DNA of 64,000 nt from an uncultured Anaerolineales bacterium (GCA_964482225.1 CAYZWT010000021.1:486-64485), one strand, 5' to 3'. Positions 22,701 to 32,982 are shown, counted from the first letter of the stretch. The notes: generated by a model from the letters alone, not told the origin. Numbers and translations: made by a program.

Positions 22701-25700
22701 GCCCCGATGAGTTGGTGAACAGGCTGCGTTCGAGCTTTCAGTCTTTGGCCGATCTCAAGCGACACCGGGGACACTGGCTGAACTGGTATGATACCCACTC
22801 CCTACAGCCGCTGCCCCCCGAGTACGTCTCTACTGTGGATAGCGGCAACCTGGCCGGCGCTTTGATTGCCCTGCGACAGTCTCTGTTGCGCCTGCCGCAG
22901 CAGGATATCTTTCGCTGGGAAACCTGGCAGGGTCTGGGCGATGTGTTGGGCGTGCTGGTCGAGATCGTGAGCGACGTGCGCGACCCAGAGGCGCGGGCCT
23001 TGGTCGAGACATTGCGGCGGCATGTGGACGAGGTCTATGCCAGGGTTTATCAAGCGCGCGAGGCCCCGGAGCGCTGGCCGCTGCTCCTCACCCGGCTCCG
23101 CAACGAGTACTGGCCCCGGCTGGATGAGTTTGTCTTGGAACTCGTCGAAAAGCACGCGCCCGCTTTGTCCTCCGAGCAATTGGATGCCCTGTACATCTGG
23201 TTCGAGCGGGTACACGGCCAACTAGACAACCTGCAGGACGAGCTGCGGGCGCTCATGCCGTGGGTTTGGGAGCTACAGGAGCCCCCTGCCGCGCTCTTGG
23301 GCGATATCCCCATCAAGGTGGGGGATGCCTGGAGGGCACTGCGCCAGACGCTGCCCCATCGCGCCACCCTCGCCCAGATTCCCGAGCTCTGCCTGGCGGG
23401 GCGCGATGCCCTGCTCGCCCTGGATAGCTCGGTGCAGGTCTGCCTGGAGGCAGAGGATGGCCGCGAGCCGGCCTGCGAGTGGATCTGGCAGGTGGCGGAA
23501 CGGCTTGACGCCGCCCGCGAGAGGGCGCGCTGGCTCCTGAGCCGCATGGAAGAGCTGGCAGACACGTGCGAGGAATGGGTCCAAGAGATGGATTTCGGCT
23601 TTCTCTACGACCCGCAGCGCCAGGTCTTTTTCATCGGCTACAACGTCAACGCCGCGCGCATGGATGAGAACCACTATGACCTGCTGGCTTCCGAGGCGCG
23701 CCTGGCCAGCCTGATCGCCATTGCCAAGGGCGAGGCCCCGCCCAGCCATTGGCTCCACCTCGAGCGTCCCCTGGTCGAGATCGGTGGCGCGCTGCGGGCG
23801 CTCGTTTCATGGAACGGCTCCATGTTCGAGTACCTGATGCCCGAGCTGCTCATCCGCAGCCATCCCGGCACGCTGCTGCACGAGTCGAACCGGGCGGCTG
23901 TGCAACGACAGATGGACTATGCCCGCAGCAAGGGGGTGCCCTGGGGCATCTCCGAATCGGGCTACTATCACTTTGACGCCCACCAACACTACCAGTATCG
24001 AGGCTTTGGCGTGCCTGGGTTGGGACGCAAGCGTGGGCTCGGCGATGATCTGGTGATCGCCCCCTATGCCACATTGCTGGCGCTGCCCGTGGCCCCCCGT
24101 GCCGTGTTGCGCAACATCGAGGCTTTGGTAAAGGCGGGCCTCCTGGGGAGCTATGGCTTTTACGAGGCCCTGGACTATACCCCTGGGCACCTGCCCATCG
24201 GGCAGGCGAGCGCCATCGTGCGCTCCTACATGGTGCATCACCAGGGCATGAGCCTGGTTTCTCTGGGCAACTATTTGCTGGGCGGCCACCATGTGGAAAG
24301 CCTGCACGCCGATCCTCGTATAGATAGCGTCGAGCTTCTCCTGCAAGAGGGTATGCCGGCGGATGCGCCCGTGCAAGAGGCTCCGGCGGAGCCGTCCAGC
24401 GGCGCTCAGGCCGTGGCACAGCGGCCTCCTGCCGACCCTTGGGTCGCGCCTGCCCACGCCCCTGTGCCGCAGGTGCACTATCTCTCCAACGGCGAATATG
24501 GCGTGCTGATCAACAGCGCGGGCGGCGGCTATAGCCAGTGGCGCGACCTGCGCCTGACCCGCTGGGCGCCCGATGTGGCGCTGGACCGCATGGGCGTCTG
24601 GATCTATGTGCGGGATCTCGACTCAGACCGGCTATGGTCTACGACCTATCAGCCTACGGCGGGAGATAGCCGGGGGCAACAGGTCGTTTTCGAGCCGCGC
24701 CGGGCCGAGTTCGTGCGCTCTGACCACGATATACGGGCGCAAACCGATGTCTCGGTGATCTATGGGCAGAACACCGAGATTCGCCGGGTGACGCTGGCCA
24801 ACCTGAGCGACAGGCCGCGCCGCCTGCTGCTTTGCAGCTATGGCGAACTGGTGTTGGCAGATGCCCTGGGCGACGAGCGCCATCCGGCCTTTAGCAAGCT
24901 GTTCGTCCAATCCGAATATCTACCCCAAGTGAACGGCCAACTCTACTGGAGACGTCCACGCGCTGCTTCGGATCAGCCTGTGCATCTCTTGCACTATATG
25001 CTGTTGGAGCCTCGGCAAAGACCGAGTCGCCTGCACGAGGCCGACCGCGCCGCCTTTGTCGGTCGCGGGCGCGACCTGCAACGTCCCGCCGCACTGGCGG
25101 GCGGGCCTGAGGGTCTGTCGGGGAGCGCCGGCGCCACGCTGGATCCGATCATGGCGGTGGGGCAGGTCATCGAGCTCGATCCGCACGGCTCGGCTCGTCT
25201 CTGCTGGGTGACCACCGTAGCGCCTGCTCGCGAGCAGGTGCTGGCGGCAGCCGCCGAGCTGGCCGATCTGGAGGCTGTGGAGCGCGCACTGGAGAACGCC
25301 CGCGAACAGGGCCGCATCGAGCTGGCGAATCTGGGGGTACAGGGGCCAGAGCTGGCCCAGATGCAGGGGATGCTGTCGTTGCTCCTATATCCCCATCCGA
25401 TGCGGCGCGCTGAGCGGTCCATCCTGGCCGGCAACACTCGGGGCCAATCTCGCCTCTGGCCCTATGCCATCTCGGGCGATTACCCCATCGCGCTGGTTCA
25501 GGTGAATGGCCAGGAGGATCTGGCCCTGGTGCGCCGCATGTTGGTGGCCCACGAATTCTGGCGCCGCAGAGGCTTGCTCATTGATCTGGTGCTCCTCAAC
25601 GAGCGTGGCACCAGCTATGCCCAAGAGTCCCAGAATATGGTCCTGCGCCTCATCGCCTCGCGCCACAGTCGCGCCTGGGTCAACCGGCGGGGGGGCATCT

Positions 25701-28351
25701 TTAGCCTATGCGCCGACCAGATGGAACCATCCGACCGCGCGCTGCTGTACTCGGCAGCGCGGGTGATCCTGGCAGGGGGAGAGGGCGTCCTGCGCGAGAC
25801 CTTGGAGGACATGACGCGCTGGCCCTCGCGCCTGCCGCTCTTTGGGCCACGTTCCGCTCCCTTGGCGGCGCTGCCAGATGGCGAGCCCATTGAGCGCCCC
25901 AAGGACCTGCTCTTTGATAATGGCTATGGCGGGTTCACAGCCGATGGCCGCGAGTACGCCACCTATCTGGAGCCCGGCAAGCCCACGCCGGCTCCCTGGA
26001 GCAATGTGATCGCGAACCCGCAGTTTGGCTTTGTCGTAAGCGAGACGGGCGGCGGATACTCCTGGCATGGCAACAGCGGCGAGAACCGCCTGACCGCCTG
26101 GCGCAATGATCCGGTCACGGACATGCCCGCCGAGGCCCTCTACATGCGGGATGAAGACACGGGCCAGATCTGGTCGCCCACGCCGCTGCCCACGGGCGCC
26201 GCCGCGCCCTATCTGGTGCGGCACGGCGCCGGCTATACCCACTTTGAGCACAACAGCCACAGCCTGGGCCACGAGTTGACCCTCTATGTGGCCCCTGATG
26301 CGCCGGTCAAGATCGTGCGGCTGCGCCTGCACAACAGCGGCTCCGCGCCGCGCCGGTTGACGGCTACCTACTATGCCGAGTGGGTGCTGGGCACTCTGCG
26401 CAGCATCACACAGCAGTACATCGTGCCCGAGTATGATGGCGAGACCCACAGCCTCCTGGCCCGCAATCCCTACAACCCAGAGTATCCCGAGGCGGTCGCC
26501 TTTTTGGCGACCGATCGCGCGCCCCTGTCCCTCACCGCTGATCGGGTCGAGTTCCTGGGGCGCAACGGCTCGCTAGAGCACCCGGCCGGGTTGGGGCGCA
26601 GCAGCCTGGAGGGGGCCATCCGCGCCGGAGACGACCCCTGCGCCGCCATGCAGGTCGCGGTAGACCTGGCCTCCGGCGCAACGGAGGAGGTCGTCTTTTT
26701 GCTGGGGCAGGCCGAGAGCCGGCCTGAGGCCCTGGAGCTCGTGCGCCGCTTTCAATCCAGCGAGGCGTGCGACACGGCCTGGGCGGAGCTGCAAACCCTG
26801 TGGGACGGGATCCTGGGCGCCGTCACGGTGCGCACACCCGAGCCTTCTATGGATCTGCTCCTGAACCGTTGGCTGCTCTACCAGGCCCTCTCCTCGCGCA
26901 TCTGGGGCCGCAGCGGCCTGTACCAGTCCAGCGGCGCATACGGCTATCGCGACCAGCTTCAGGACGTGATGGCATTGATGCACAGCCGCCCCGATCTGGC
27001 CCGCGAGCAGATCCTGCGCGCCGCGCGCCACCAGTTCGAGGAGGGCGATGTGCTGCACTGGTGGCATCCGCCCTCGGGGCGCGGCGTGCGCACCCGCATC
27101 TCCGACGACCTCCTCTGGCTGCCGCTGGTGACGGCCCACTATGTGGACCTGACGGGCGACGCCGCTATCCTCGATGAGCAACTGCCTTTCCTGAGCGGCG
27201 AGCCCCTGGATGATGGCCAGGAGGATCGCTATGGATTGTACGAGCAGACCGAAGAGAGCTATTCGCTCTTCGAGCACTGCAACAGGGCGATGGGGCGCGG
27301 CGCTACCGAGGGTCGCCATAGCCTACCTCTCATGGGCGGCGGCGATTGGAACGATGGTATGAACCGCGTGGGCATCCACGGCCAGGGCGAGAGCATCTGG
27401 TTGGGCTGGTTCCTGTACGCCGCCATGCTGCGCTTTGCGGCGCTCTGCGCACGGCGCGGCGAGCAAGCCCTGGCGCAGGAATACCAGGAGCGGGCCGCCC
27501 GGCTGCTGGAGGCAATCGAAGCCGCGGGCTGGGATGGCGAGTGGTACCGGCGGGCCTATTATGACGACGGCACGCCCCTGGGCTCTCGCGAGAACAATGA
27601 GTGTCAGATAGACTCCATCGCCCAGTCGTGGGCGGTGCTGGGACGGGTGTTCGGCGGCGCGCGCCTGCCCAATAAAGGCGAGCGCATCCGGCAGGCCATG
27701 CAGGCCCTGGATGAGCGGCTCGTGCGCGAGGAGGATCGCCTGCTACTGCTCTTTACGCCGCCCTTTGACCGGACGCCCCGCGATCCGGGCTACATCAAGG
27801 GCTATCTGCCGGGCATCCGCGAGAATGGCGGCCAATACACCCATGCAGCTCTGTGGGCCATCTGGGCGCTGGCCGAGCTGGGCCAGGGCGAGCGCGCCGA
27901 GGCCCTCTTCCGCATGATCAATCCTATCCTACGCGCCGACGGCGCCGAGGGACTCAACACCTACCGGGTGGAGCCCTATGTGATCTCGGCGGACGTGTAC
28001 GGCGTCGCGCCCCATGTCGGGCGCGGCGGCTGGACCTGGTATACCGGCTCGGCCTCCTGGATGTACCGCCTGGGCCTGGAGGGGCTACTGGGTTTGCACC
28101 GCCGGGAGAACCGGCTCTGGTTCGAGCCACACCTGCCCGCCGCCTGGGACGGGTTCGAGGTGACCTATCGCTACGGCGCCGCCACCTACCGGATCGAGGT
28201 TGTGCTGGGCGCAGAGGCATCCGGCCTCAGCGTAGACGGCGAGCCGATAGCGGGGAATGAGCTGACGCTGCACGACGATGGCCGGGAGCATCGCGTGCTC
28301 GTGCGCTGCGCACGCATCGGGGACGCGGAGCCAAGGCATGGCGAGGACTAG
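19748..28351 (+). CDS. Cyclic beta-1,2-glucan synthase (Cgs/NdvB/ChvB type; GT84 + transglycosylase + GH94)
   Basis: 2867 aa; EWLLDN, WERKRGKL, TLDADT, LSHDLFEG, RWVRGDWQ, TM block, TSPTNIG, SWNGSMFEY, PWGISES, RDQLQD, DWNDG, ENGGQYTHA, GRGGWTWYTGS. Confidence 0.93.
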   Translation: MVSRPIEQVGLAETDRALDSLRVRALELAAAHTVSPTELRVPSPIDRIEGLLGLLSQAYGRFVRISEAEGIVTTAAEWLLDNLYLVEQAGRLVIEDMPPGYYRRLPKLAGEPHRGLPRIYAIAREVVRLCDGQVDLHRLTRFVQAYQEVRSLTLGELWALPLMLRVAELELLAQAVADTLGDRLDAPSEPIPAVELPDAPTEEIIVGRAVRALRALGAVDWAAFVKEVSLVESTLQQEPTGAYGRMDQEGRNRYRQAIETLGRRSDRTEEVIARRAVELAERARQEKRPEREWHVGYYLIDRGREALAASIGYRPGAGERMRAWLLRHATGAYLGAILLLTVLIIAGLLWYGVAREAHLGQLVAILAFACVPASIAAVSLVNMLVTHIVPPRVLPKLDLRQGIPPEMRGIVLVPCLFTDADEVDSLLGQLERHYLSNADPELAFGLLSDLRDAPQKHMAGDDALIERAAEGVRALNRRYGRNGRPFFLLHRERQWNPSERVWMGWERKRGKLEQFNGWALGYQSNPFAVSVGDLAFLRQVRYVITLDADTVLPPQSAQRLIGALAHPLNRAQFDPHTGRVVAGYTILQPRTELKFTSALASRFTRIFGSDMGLDLYTRAVSDVYQDLFGEAIYVGKGIYDIAAFYRSLEGRAPENALLSHDLFEGVHGRAGLISDVVLYEDYPSAYLAYTQRLHRWVRGDWQLLPWLLGRVPVSTGDKAPTRLSLLDRWKLLDNLRRSTQQLALLLFLAAGWLILPGSALAWTAWALAFSALPLIAGVITGLLTRLQVPKASASTALVHNEAARWLLSLVFLPYEGLILADAAISTLIRVYITRRKLLQWTTAAHTARLLGRERRLQLLWSKMSGGALLGLALGAATWAANPRALPLALPLTLAWVLSPQVAAWISQPQQREQETLTREEQAVLRRLARRHWRFFEQFIGPEDHWLPPDHFQEEPLGQVGHRTSPTNIGLMLLSTMTAHQLGYLGPDELVNRLRSSFQSLADLKRHRGHWLNWYDTHSLQPLPPEYVSTVDSGNLAGALIALRQSLLRLPQQDIFRWETWQGLGDVLGVLVEIVSDVRDPEARALVETLRRHVDEVYARVYQAREAPERWPLLLTRLRNEYWPRLDEFVLELVEKHAPALSSEQLDALYIWFERVHGQLDNLQDELRALMPWVWELQEPPAALLGDIPIKVGDAWRALRQTLPHRATLAQIPELCLAGRDALLALDSSVQVCLEAEDGREPACEWIWQVAERLDAARERARWLLSRMEELADTCEEWVQEMDFGFLYDPQRQVFFIGYNVNAARMDENHYDLLASEARLASLIAIAKGEAPPSHWLHLERPLVEIGGALRALVSWNGSMFEYLMPELLIRSHPGTLLHESNRAAVQRQMDYARSKGVPWGISESGYYHFDAHQHYQYRGFGVPGLGRKRGLGDDLVIAPYATLLALPVAPRAVLRNIEALVKAGLLGSYGFYEALDYTPGHLPIGQASAIVRSYMVHHQGMSLVSLGNYLLGGHHVESLHADPRIDSVELLLQEGMPADAPVQEAPAEPSSGAQAVAQRPPADPWVAPAHAPVPQVHYLSNGEYGVLINSAGGGYSQWRDLRLTRWAPDVALDRMGVWIYVRDLDSDRLWSTTYQPTAGDSRGQQVVFEPRRAEFVRSDHDIRAQTDVSVIYGQNTEIRRVTLANLSDRPRRLLLCSYGELVLADALGDERHPAFSKLFVQSEYLPQVNGQLYWRRPRAASDQPVHLLHYMLLEPRQRPSRLHEADRAAFVGRGRDLQRPAALAGGPEGLSGSAGATLDPIMAVGQVIELDPHGSARLCWVTTVAPAREQVLAAAAELADLEAVERALENAREQGRIELANLGVQGPELAQMQGMLSLLLYPHPMRRAERSILAGNTRGQSRLWPYAISGDYPIALVQVNGQEDLALVRRMLVAHEFWRRRGLLIDLVLLNERGTSYAQESQNMVLRLIASRHSRAWVNRRGGIFSLCADQMEPSDRALLYSAARVILAGGEGVLRETLEDMTRWPSRLPLFGPRSAPLAALPDGEPIERPKDLLFDNGYGGFTADGREYATYLEPGKPTPAPWSNVIANPQFGFVVSETGGGYSWHGNSGENRLTAWRNDPVTDMPAEALYMRDEDTGQIWSPTPLPTGAAAPYLVRHGAGYTHFEHNSHSLGHELTLYVAPDAPVKIVRLRLHNSGSAPRRLTATYYAEWVLGTLRSITQQYIVPEYDGETHSLLARNPYNPEYPEAVAFLATDRAPLSLTADRVEFLGRNGSLEHPAGLGRSSLEGAIRAGDDPCAAMQVAVDLASGATEEVVFLLGQAESRPEALELVRRFQSSEACDTAWAELQTLWDGILGAVTVRTPEPSMDLLLNRWLLYQALSSRIWGRSGLYQSSGAYGYRDQLQDVMALMHSRPDLAREQILRAARHQFEEGDVLHWWHPPSGRGVRTRISDDLLWLPLVTAHYVDLTGDAAILDEQLPFLSGEPLDDGQEDRYGLYEQTEESYSLFEHCNRAMGRGATEGRHSLPLMGGGDWNDGMNRVGIHGQGESIWLGWFLYAAMLRFAALCARRGEQALAQEYQERAARLLEAIEAAGWDGEWYRRAYYDDGTPLGSRENNECQIDSIAQSWAVLGRVFGGARLPNKGERIRQAMQALDERLVREEDRLLLLFTPPFDRTPRDPGYIKGYLPGIRENGGQYTHAALWAIWALAELGQGERAEALFRMINPILRADGAEGLNTYRVEPYVISADVYGVAPHVGRGGWTWYTGSASWMYRLGLEGLLGLHRRENRLWFEPHLPAAWDGFEVTYRYGAATYRIEVVLGAEASGLSVDGEPIAGNELTLHDDGREHRVLVRCARIGDAEPRHGED

Positions 28352-29285
28352 CGCACAGCTCTTGATCGAGGCGACGCGCGGCCTCTTGGCGCGCCTGGGC
28401 CAACCGGCGCGCGGGCCGGTCTTGATCCTCTACGGCGAGGCCAAGCACGAGTTGGCAACGGCGCTGCACGTCTCTTTGACGTTGCAGGGTGCGCAGGCCG
28501 AACGGCACATGCTGGCCGGGCAGCCGAGCAGGGCCTTCGATTCTGCCACGGGCGCGCCGGCCCTGCACCGCGCCGCCGCAGAAGGCAGCCTGGTGATCCT
28601 GGCGGACCCGCCCCAGGTGCCCTGGCTGTTCGATACGGTGGGCCGCCCCGATCGTGGCCTGCTGCTCCCCACGGAGCATCTCTACTGCGATTGGCTCATG
28701 CCCTACAAGAGCCTGCTGCGCATCCTTTCGGCAGACTATGGCGAGGTGCGGGCCTGGCGCGCGCGCCTGCTGGAGGCGCTGCGCGGGGCAACGCGCCTGC
28801 ACATTGCGACGCCGGGCGGGACAGACCTGACGCTGGCCCCAAGGCGTTGGCTGGCCGAGGATGGCGAGGTATTCACAGCGCCCCACGAGGCCAGCATCGA
28901 AGGAACGCTGGCGGTGGACGGCGCCCTGTACGATGGCCCGCCCGCCAGGCCCACGATGCTGCGCGTTGTCGAGGGCCGCGTCGCCAACCTGAAGGCTCTG
29001 GGCCGGGGCTCTGTCCGCCAGCGTATGTTGCATAACGACCTGGCCCGCGACGCGGGCGCCGCCCAGGTAGCCGAGTTCGGGCTGGGCATCAACCCGGCGG
29101 CGCGCCCTGATGCCCAGATCATGGAGGCCGAGATGGCCCTGGGCGCCTGCCATGTGGGGTTCGGCCACAACCTGCCCTACGGCGGCGCCAACGCCAGCGA
29201 AACCCATGTGGACGTGGGCTTGCTCCGCCCCACCCTGACGATAGATGGCCGGGCGATCTGCCGGGAGGGGACATACGTGTTGTAG
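28338..29285 (+). CDS. M29/aminopeptidase T-like metalloprotein
   Basis: GEVFTAP, AEFGLGIN, EAEM, CHVGFG.N..YGG, THVD metal-ligand pattern; overlaps the cgs stop. Confidence 0.7.
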   Translation: MARTSAQLLIEATRGLLARLGQPARGPVLILYGEAKHELATALHVSLTLQGAQAERHMLAGQPSRAFDSATGAPALHRAAAEGSLVILADPPQVPWLFDTVGRPDRGLLLPTEHLYCDWLMPYKSLLRILSADYGEVRAWRARLLEALRGATRLHIATPGGTDLTLAPRRWLAEDGEVFTAPHEASIEGTLAVDGALYDGPPARPTMLRVVEGRVANLKALGRGSVRQRMLHNDLARDAGAAQVAEFGLGINPAARPDAQIMEAEMALGACHVGFGHNLPYGGANASETHVDVGLLRPTLTIDGRAICREGTYVL

Positions 29286-29460
29286 AACGCACCCCGCGCA
29301 GACCCCGCAAAACTCACACAATTCACATGCCCTCTTATCACGGCTCCTCTGGTATAATATCACTGTACTATCGCAAGCGCCGGGCACGCCAGCGCCCTCT
29401 GCGCTTGCGCAAGAGGCATGTCGTCAATCCTTTGCAGAGCTGGCTGAAAGGAGCGATCGT

Positions 29461-30696
29461 ATGAACAACCAGAACAAGTGGCTAGTCGGTGGATGCATTG
29501 GCTGCGCTATCGTGGTGCTTTTTCTCGCGTGCATCGTCGCGCTTGGCATAGCCTATTTTGGCCTCTCGCCGGCACGGGCCCAACTCTCAGAGACGCTGCC
29601 CCCCACGCCCCAGGTGATCGTCGAGCGGGCCCAGCCGACGACAGAGACGGCCGTGGCGCCGACTCTGCCCGCTACGTCGGCGGGGCCCTCGGTGCGCGCC
29701 CTGGCCGCCTATGAACTGGAGGACGGCCTGGCGGGGCTATATCACGAGCTAGAGCCCGGGGTGGTCGCCATCCAGACCTATGTGGTGAGTCGTGGCGCGG
29801 TGAGCGGAGGCGGCGGCTCTGGTTTCATCCTGGATGAGCAAGGCCACATCATCACCAACGAGCATGTGGTGGCCGACGCCACCCGCGTGATCGTGGTCTT
29901 TTTCGATGGCTACTCGGCCAACGCCACGGTGCTGGGGACGGATGTGGATAGCGACCTGGCCGTGCTCAAGGTGGACGATCTGCCCGATAACGTGCATCCC
30001 CTGCCCCTGGGCGATTCGGACATGGTGGCGCCCGGCGAGTGGGTGGTGGCGATTGGCAACCCCTTTGGCCTACAGAACACCATCACCTTTGGCATCGTCA
30101 GCGCTGTGGGGCGCATGATCCCGGCCCGCCTGGGCTCGTTCTCGATCCCCCAGGCCATCCAGACCGATGCGGCCATCAACCCGGGCAACTCGGGCGGGCC
30201 GCTGATCAACCTGTCTGGCCAGGTCATTGGCGTCAATGCCCAGATCATCAGCAACAGCAGCACGGCGGCCAACGCTGGCGTCGGCTTTGCCCTGCCGGTG
30301 AACATTGTGCGCAGAGTAGCGCCCGTCTTGATGCGAGGCGAGGCCTACCCCTGGCCCTGGCTGGGCATCACCGGCTCTTCGGTAGATCTGATTCTCGCCG
30401 AAGGCAATAACCTTTCCATTCAGCAAGGCGCCTACATCGCGGAGGTGCTCTCTGGCGGGCCCGCCGACGCCGCAGGGCTGCGCGGCAGCACCGGCAGCAC
30501 CCAGGTTGGAGGCATCACGGTACCCACGGGTGGCGACGTGATCATTCGTGTCAATGGCGAGCCGGTGATTGACTTTGCCGATCTGCTAGAGACGGTGGCC
30601 TTTAGCCGCCCCGGCGACCAGGTAGACCTGGTGGTATTGCGGAACGGCCGCGAGATCCAGATCAGCGCGACCCTGGAACGCCGCCCCCGCCAGTAG
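29461..30696 (+). CDS. Membrane-anchored HtrA/DegP-family serine protease with PDZ domain
   Basis: GSGF, TNEHVV, DLAV, AIGNPFG, QTDAAINPGNSGGPL, C-terminal PDZ. Confidence 0.95.
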   Translation: MNNQNKWLVGGCIGCAIVVLFLACIVALGIAYFGLSPARAQLSETLPPTPQVIVERAQPTTETAVAPTLPATSAGPSVRALAAYELEDGLAGLYHELEPGVVAIQTYVVSRGAVSGGGGSGFILDEQGHIITNEHVVADATRVIVVFFDGYSANATVLGTDVDSDLAVLKVDDLPDNVHPLPLGDSDMVAPGEWVVAIGNPFGLQNTITFGIVSAVGRMIPARLGSFSIPQAIQTDAAINPGNSGGPLINLSGQVIGVNAQIISNSSTAANAGVGFALPVNIVRRVAPVLMRGEAYPWPWLGITGSSVDLILAEGNNLSIQQGAYIAEVLSGGPADAAGLRGSTGSTQVGGITVPTGGDVIIRVNGEPVIDFADLLETVAFSRPGDQVDLVVLRNGREIQISATLERRPRQ

Positions 30697-30736
30697 CGCC
30701 TGTGGGCTTGTAGCCCCCATTGCAGTTGCCGAGAGC

Positions 30737-30772
30737 ACAGGGCTCCCTCTCTTGCAGGAGAGGGAGCCCTGT
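30737..30772. terminator. Hairpin between convergent genes
   Basis: ACAGGGCTCCCTCTC-6 nt-GAGAGGGAGCCCTGT perfect stem. Confidence 0.7.
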
Positions 30773-30821
30773 TGTGCCTGAGGGCCAATGCCGTGCGACG
30801 GGTGGGATCCTATCGGGGCTG

Positions 30822-32918
30822 TTACCCCGCCAGAGTATCCGACTCCAGGTTGAGCCAACGGCGCTCGTCCTCGTTCAGGTGCAACCCCAGCGCCGGCAGC
30901 GCCTCGTTCAGCTCGTCAATGGTCTGGGGCCCGATCAGGGCATAGACCCGCAGCGGCAGCGAGAGCACATACGCCAGGGCGATCTGCGCGGGCGTGACCC
31001 CCTTGCAGCGGGCCAACTCCTGCACCCGTTCCAGCCGTGTAAAGTTGGCATCGTTGAACCAGGTGCGCACGATGTTGGCCAGCTCGGGCTTGACCCGATC
31101 CTCGGGCCTGTATCGCCCGGTGAAAAAGCCCGTGGCCTGGCTGCTCCAGGCCAGCAGCGGCAACTGGGTACGTTCGTACCAGGCCAGCGACTCGGGGGCG
31201 GAGGCCGAGATGCAGCGCGGCCACATAGGCTCGTTCCAGCGGGCCAGAGCCAGGTTCGGGCTGCTGGCGGCAAAGCCCACCAGCCCGTGGGCCTGGGCAT
31301 AGGCGTTGGCCTCCTCGATGCGCGGGATGCTCCAGTTCGAGCCGCCATAGGCGCGGATGCGCCCGGCCCGCAGGTGCTCGTTCAGGCAGGCCACCCACTC
31401 ACCCGCGGGCACGTCGGTGTTATCGGCGTGCATCAGATACAGATCCACATAGTCGGTCTGGAGCTTGTCCAGCGACTCGTAGAGCTGGCTGGTCAGCGTC
31501 TCCGGATCGTCCTCCGGGTTGCGCACCCCCTTGGCGATCACGACCAACTGGTCGCGGATGCCGCTTAGCTTGAGCCACTGGCCCACCGTCTCCTCGGAGC
31601 GATAGACGTGGGCCGTATCAAAGGCGGTACCGCCCAGTTCGACAAAGTGATCCAGCAGCGCCCGCGCCAGGCGCAGCTCCCCTGGCTGGAACACCATGGT
31701 GCCCATCACCAGCTTGGAGACGGGCTTGTTGACCCCGGAGATCTCACCATGCGTCATCGGGGCGTCGGCGCGGCGGGCCAGCGGGCGCCCCACGGTGGGC
31801 ATCGAAAGGCCCTCGGGCTTTTCGGTATCAAAGACCAGGCCGATCTCTTTGCGCCAGGCGTCCAGGGTGAGCATGTTGCCCAGGCTGTCGTCCCAGCTCA
31901 TGGCCGGGCTGGGGGCCTGGCGGTCGGCCAGGTGGCGGGCCACCGTGTCGGCCTCGATGGCATACAGATACTGGCCGCCGGTGGTCACGGTGATCTCTTC
32001 CGGCTCCTGGCCGTCCCGGTTGATGATGATGCGGGCGCCCTCGTCGCCGCCGTGGCGCGGATCGCCAGGGAACCAGGGGTTGGGCACGATGATATTGCCG
32101 TCCGAGCCCCAGATGCGCAGCGCCGAATCCACCCGCACCTGAATGCCCGTGGTGAGGCTGGCGATAATGTCCCCGGGGAAACGCACCGTCGCCATGGTCC
32201 ACTCGTCCACCCGGTTATCCGGGTTGATGTAGCCCAGGGCCTTGAGCTCGGTCTGGCTGCGGTAGCCATCCCGCGCGATCATGGGGTTGGCAAAGGGCAG
32301 CCCATTGGCCGCGCCGGCCACCAGCCGCGCCATCGAGGCGGTATAGCAGCCCACATCCATGATGCCGCCGCCCGAGGAATGGTTCTGCTGGCGCACATTC
32401 TCGCGCGGCCCCTTCATGTCAAACGCGAAATGGGCCTGGATCAGCCGCACCCGGCCGATGACGCCCTCCCGCACCAGTTCGGCCAGCTTGGCCGTCTGCG
32501 GGTGGCAGCGGTACATAAAGGCTTCCATCAAGAATACGTCGTTCTCGCGAGCGGCCTCGATGGCCGTCATCGCCTCGGCATAGTTGCTGGCCAGGGGCTT
32601 TTCGCACAGGATGTGCTTGCCTGCCTGGGCGGCCCGCACGGTCCAGCGGGCGTGTAGGTGGTTGGGCAACGAGATGTAGACGGCCTGCACCTCGGGATCG
32701 GCCAGCAGATCGTCATAGGAGCCATAGCTGCGGAGCGCGCCAAACTCGGCGGCGAACTGGGCAGCCTTTTCCTGGGTGCGGCTGGCCACCGCCAAGAGCC
32801 TGCCGGTCTGCGATTGGGCCAGGCCGCGGGCAAAGGTATGGGCGATGTTGCCGGTGCCCAGGATGCCCCAGGCCAGCCGGGCGCCCTGCCCGGAGAGGGT
32901 ATTCGCGTCGGTACTCAT
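30822..32918 (-). CDS. Gfo/Idh/MocA oxidoreductase fused to an aldo-keto reductase
   Basis: N-half WGILGTGNIA, LPNHLH, CEKP, GGGIMDVGCY; C-half SKLVMGT, DTAHVY, DYVDLYLMH, GGSNW, LAWSSQ, AQIALAY. Confidence 0.9.
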   Translation of the reverse strand: MSTDANTLSGQGARLAWGILGTGNIAHTFARGLAQSQTGRLLAVASRTQEKAAQFAAEFGALRSYGSYDDLLADPEVQAVYISLPNHLHARWTVRAAQAGKHILCEKPLASNYAEAMTAIEAARENDVFLMEAFMYRCHPQTAKLAELVREGVIGRVRLIQAHFAFDMKGPRENVRQQNHSSGGGIMDVGCYTASMARLVAGAANGLPFANPMIARDGYRSQTELKALGYINPDNRVDEWTMATVRFPGDIIASLTTGIQVRVDSALRIWGSDGNIIVPNPWFPGDPRHGGDEGARIIINRDGQEPEEITVTTGGQYLYAIEADTVARHLADRQAPSPAMSWDDSLGNMLTLDAWRKEIGLVFDTEKPEGLSMPTVGRPLARRADAPMTHGEISGVNKPVSKLVMGTMVFQPGELRLARALLDHFVELGGTAFDTAHVYRSEETVGQWLKLSGIRDQLVVIAKGVRNPEDDPETLTSQLYESLDKLQTDYVDLYLMHADNTDVPAGEWVACLNEHLRAGRIRAYGGSNWSIPRIEEANAYAQAHGLVGFAASSPNLALARWNEPMWPRCISASAPESLAWYERTQLPLLAWSSQATGFFTGRYRPEDRVKPELANIVRTWFNDANFTRLERVQELARCKGVTPAQIALAYVLSLPLRVYALIGPQTIDELNEALPALGLHLNEDERRWLNLESDTLAG

Positions 32919-32982
32919 GGTATTTTCCTTTTTGATAGCGCCCAGGGGCGCGGCGGCCGGCGGATGATAGAGACGGCGCGCC

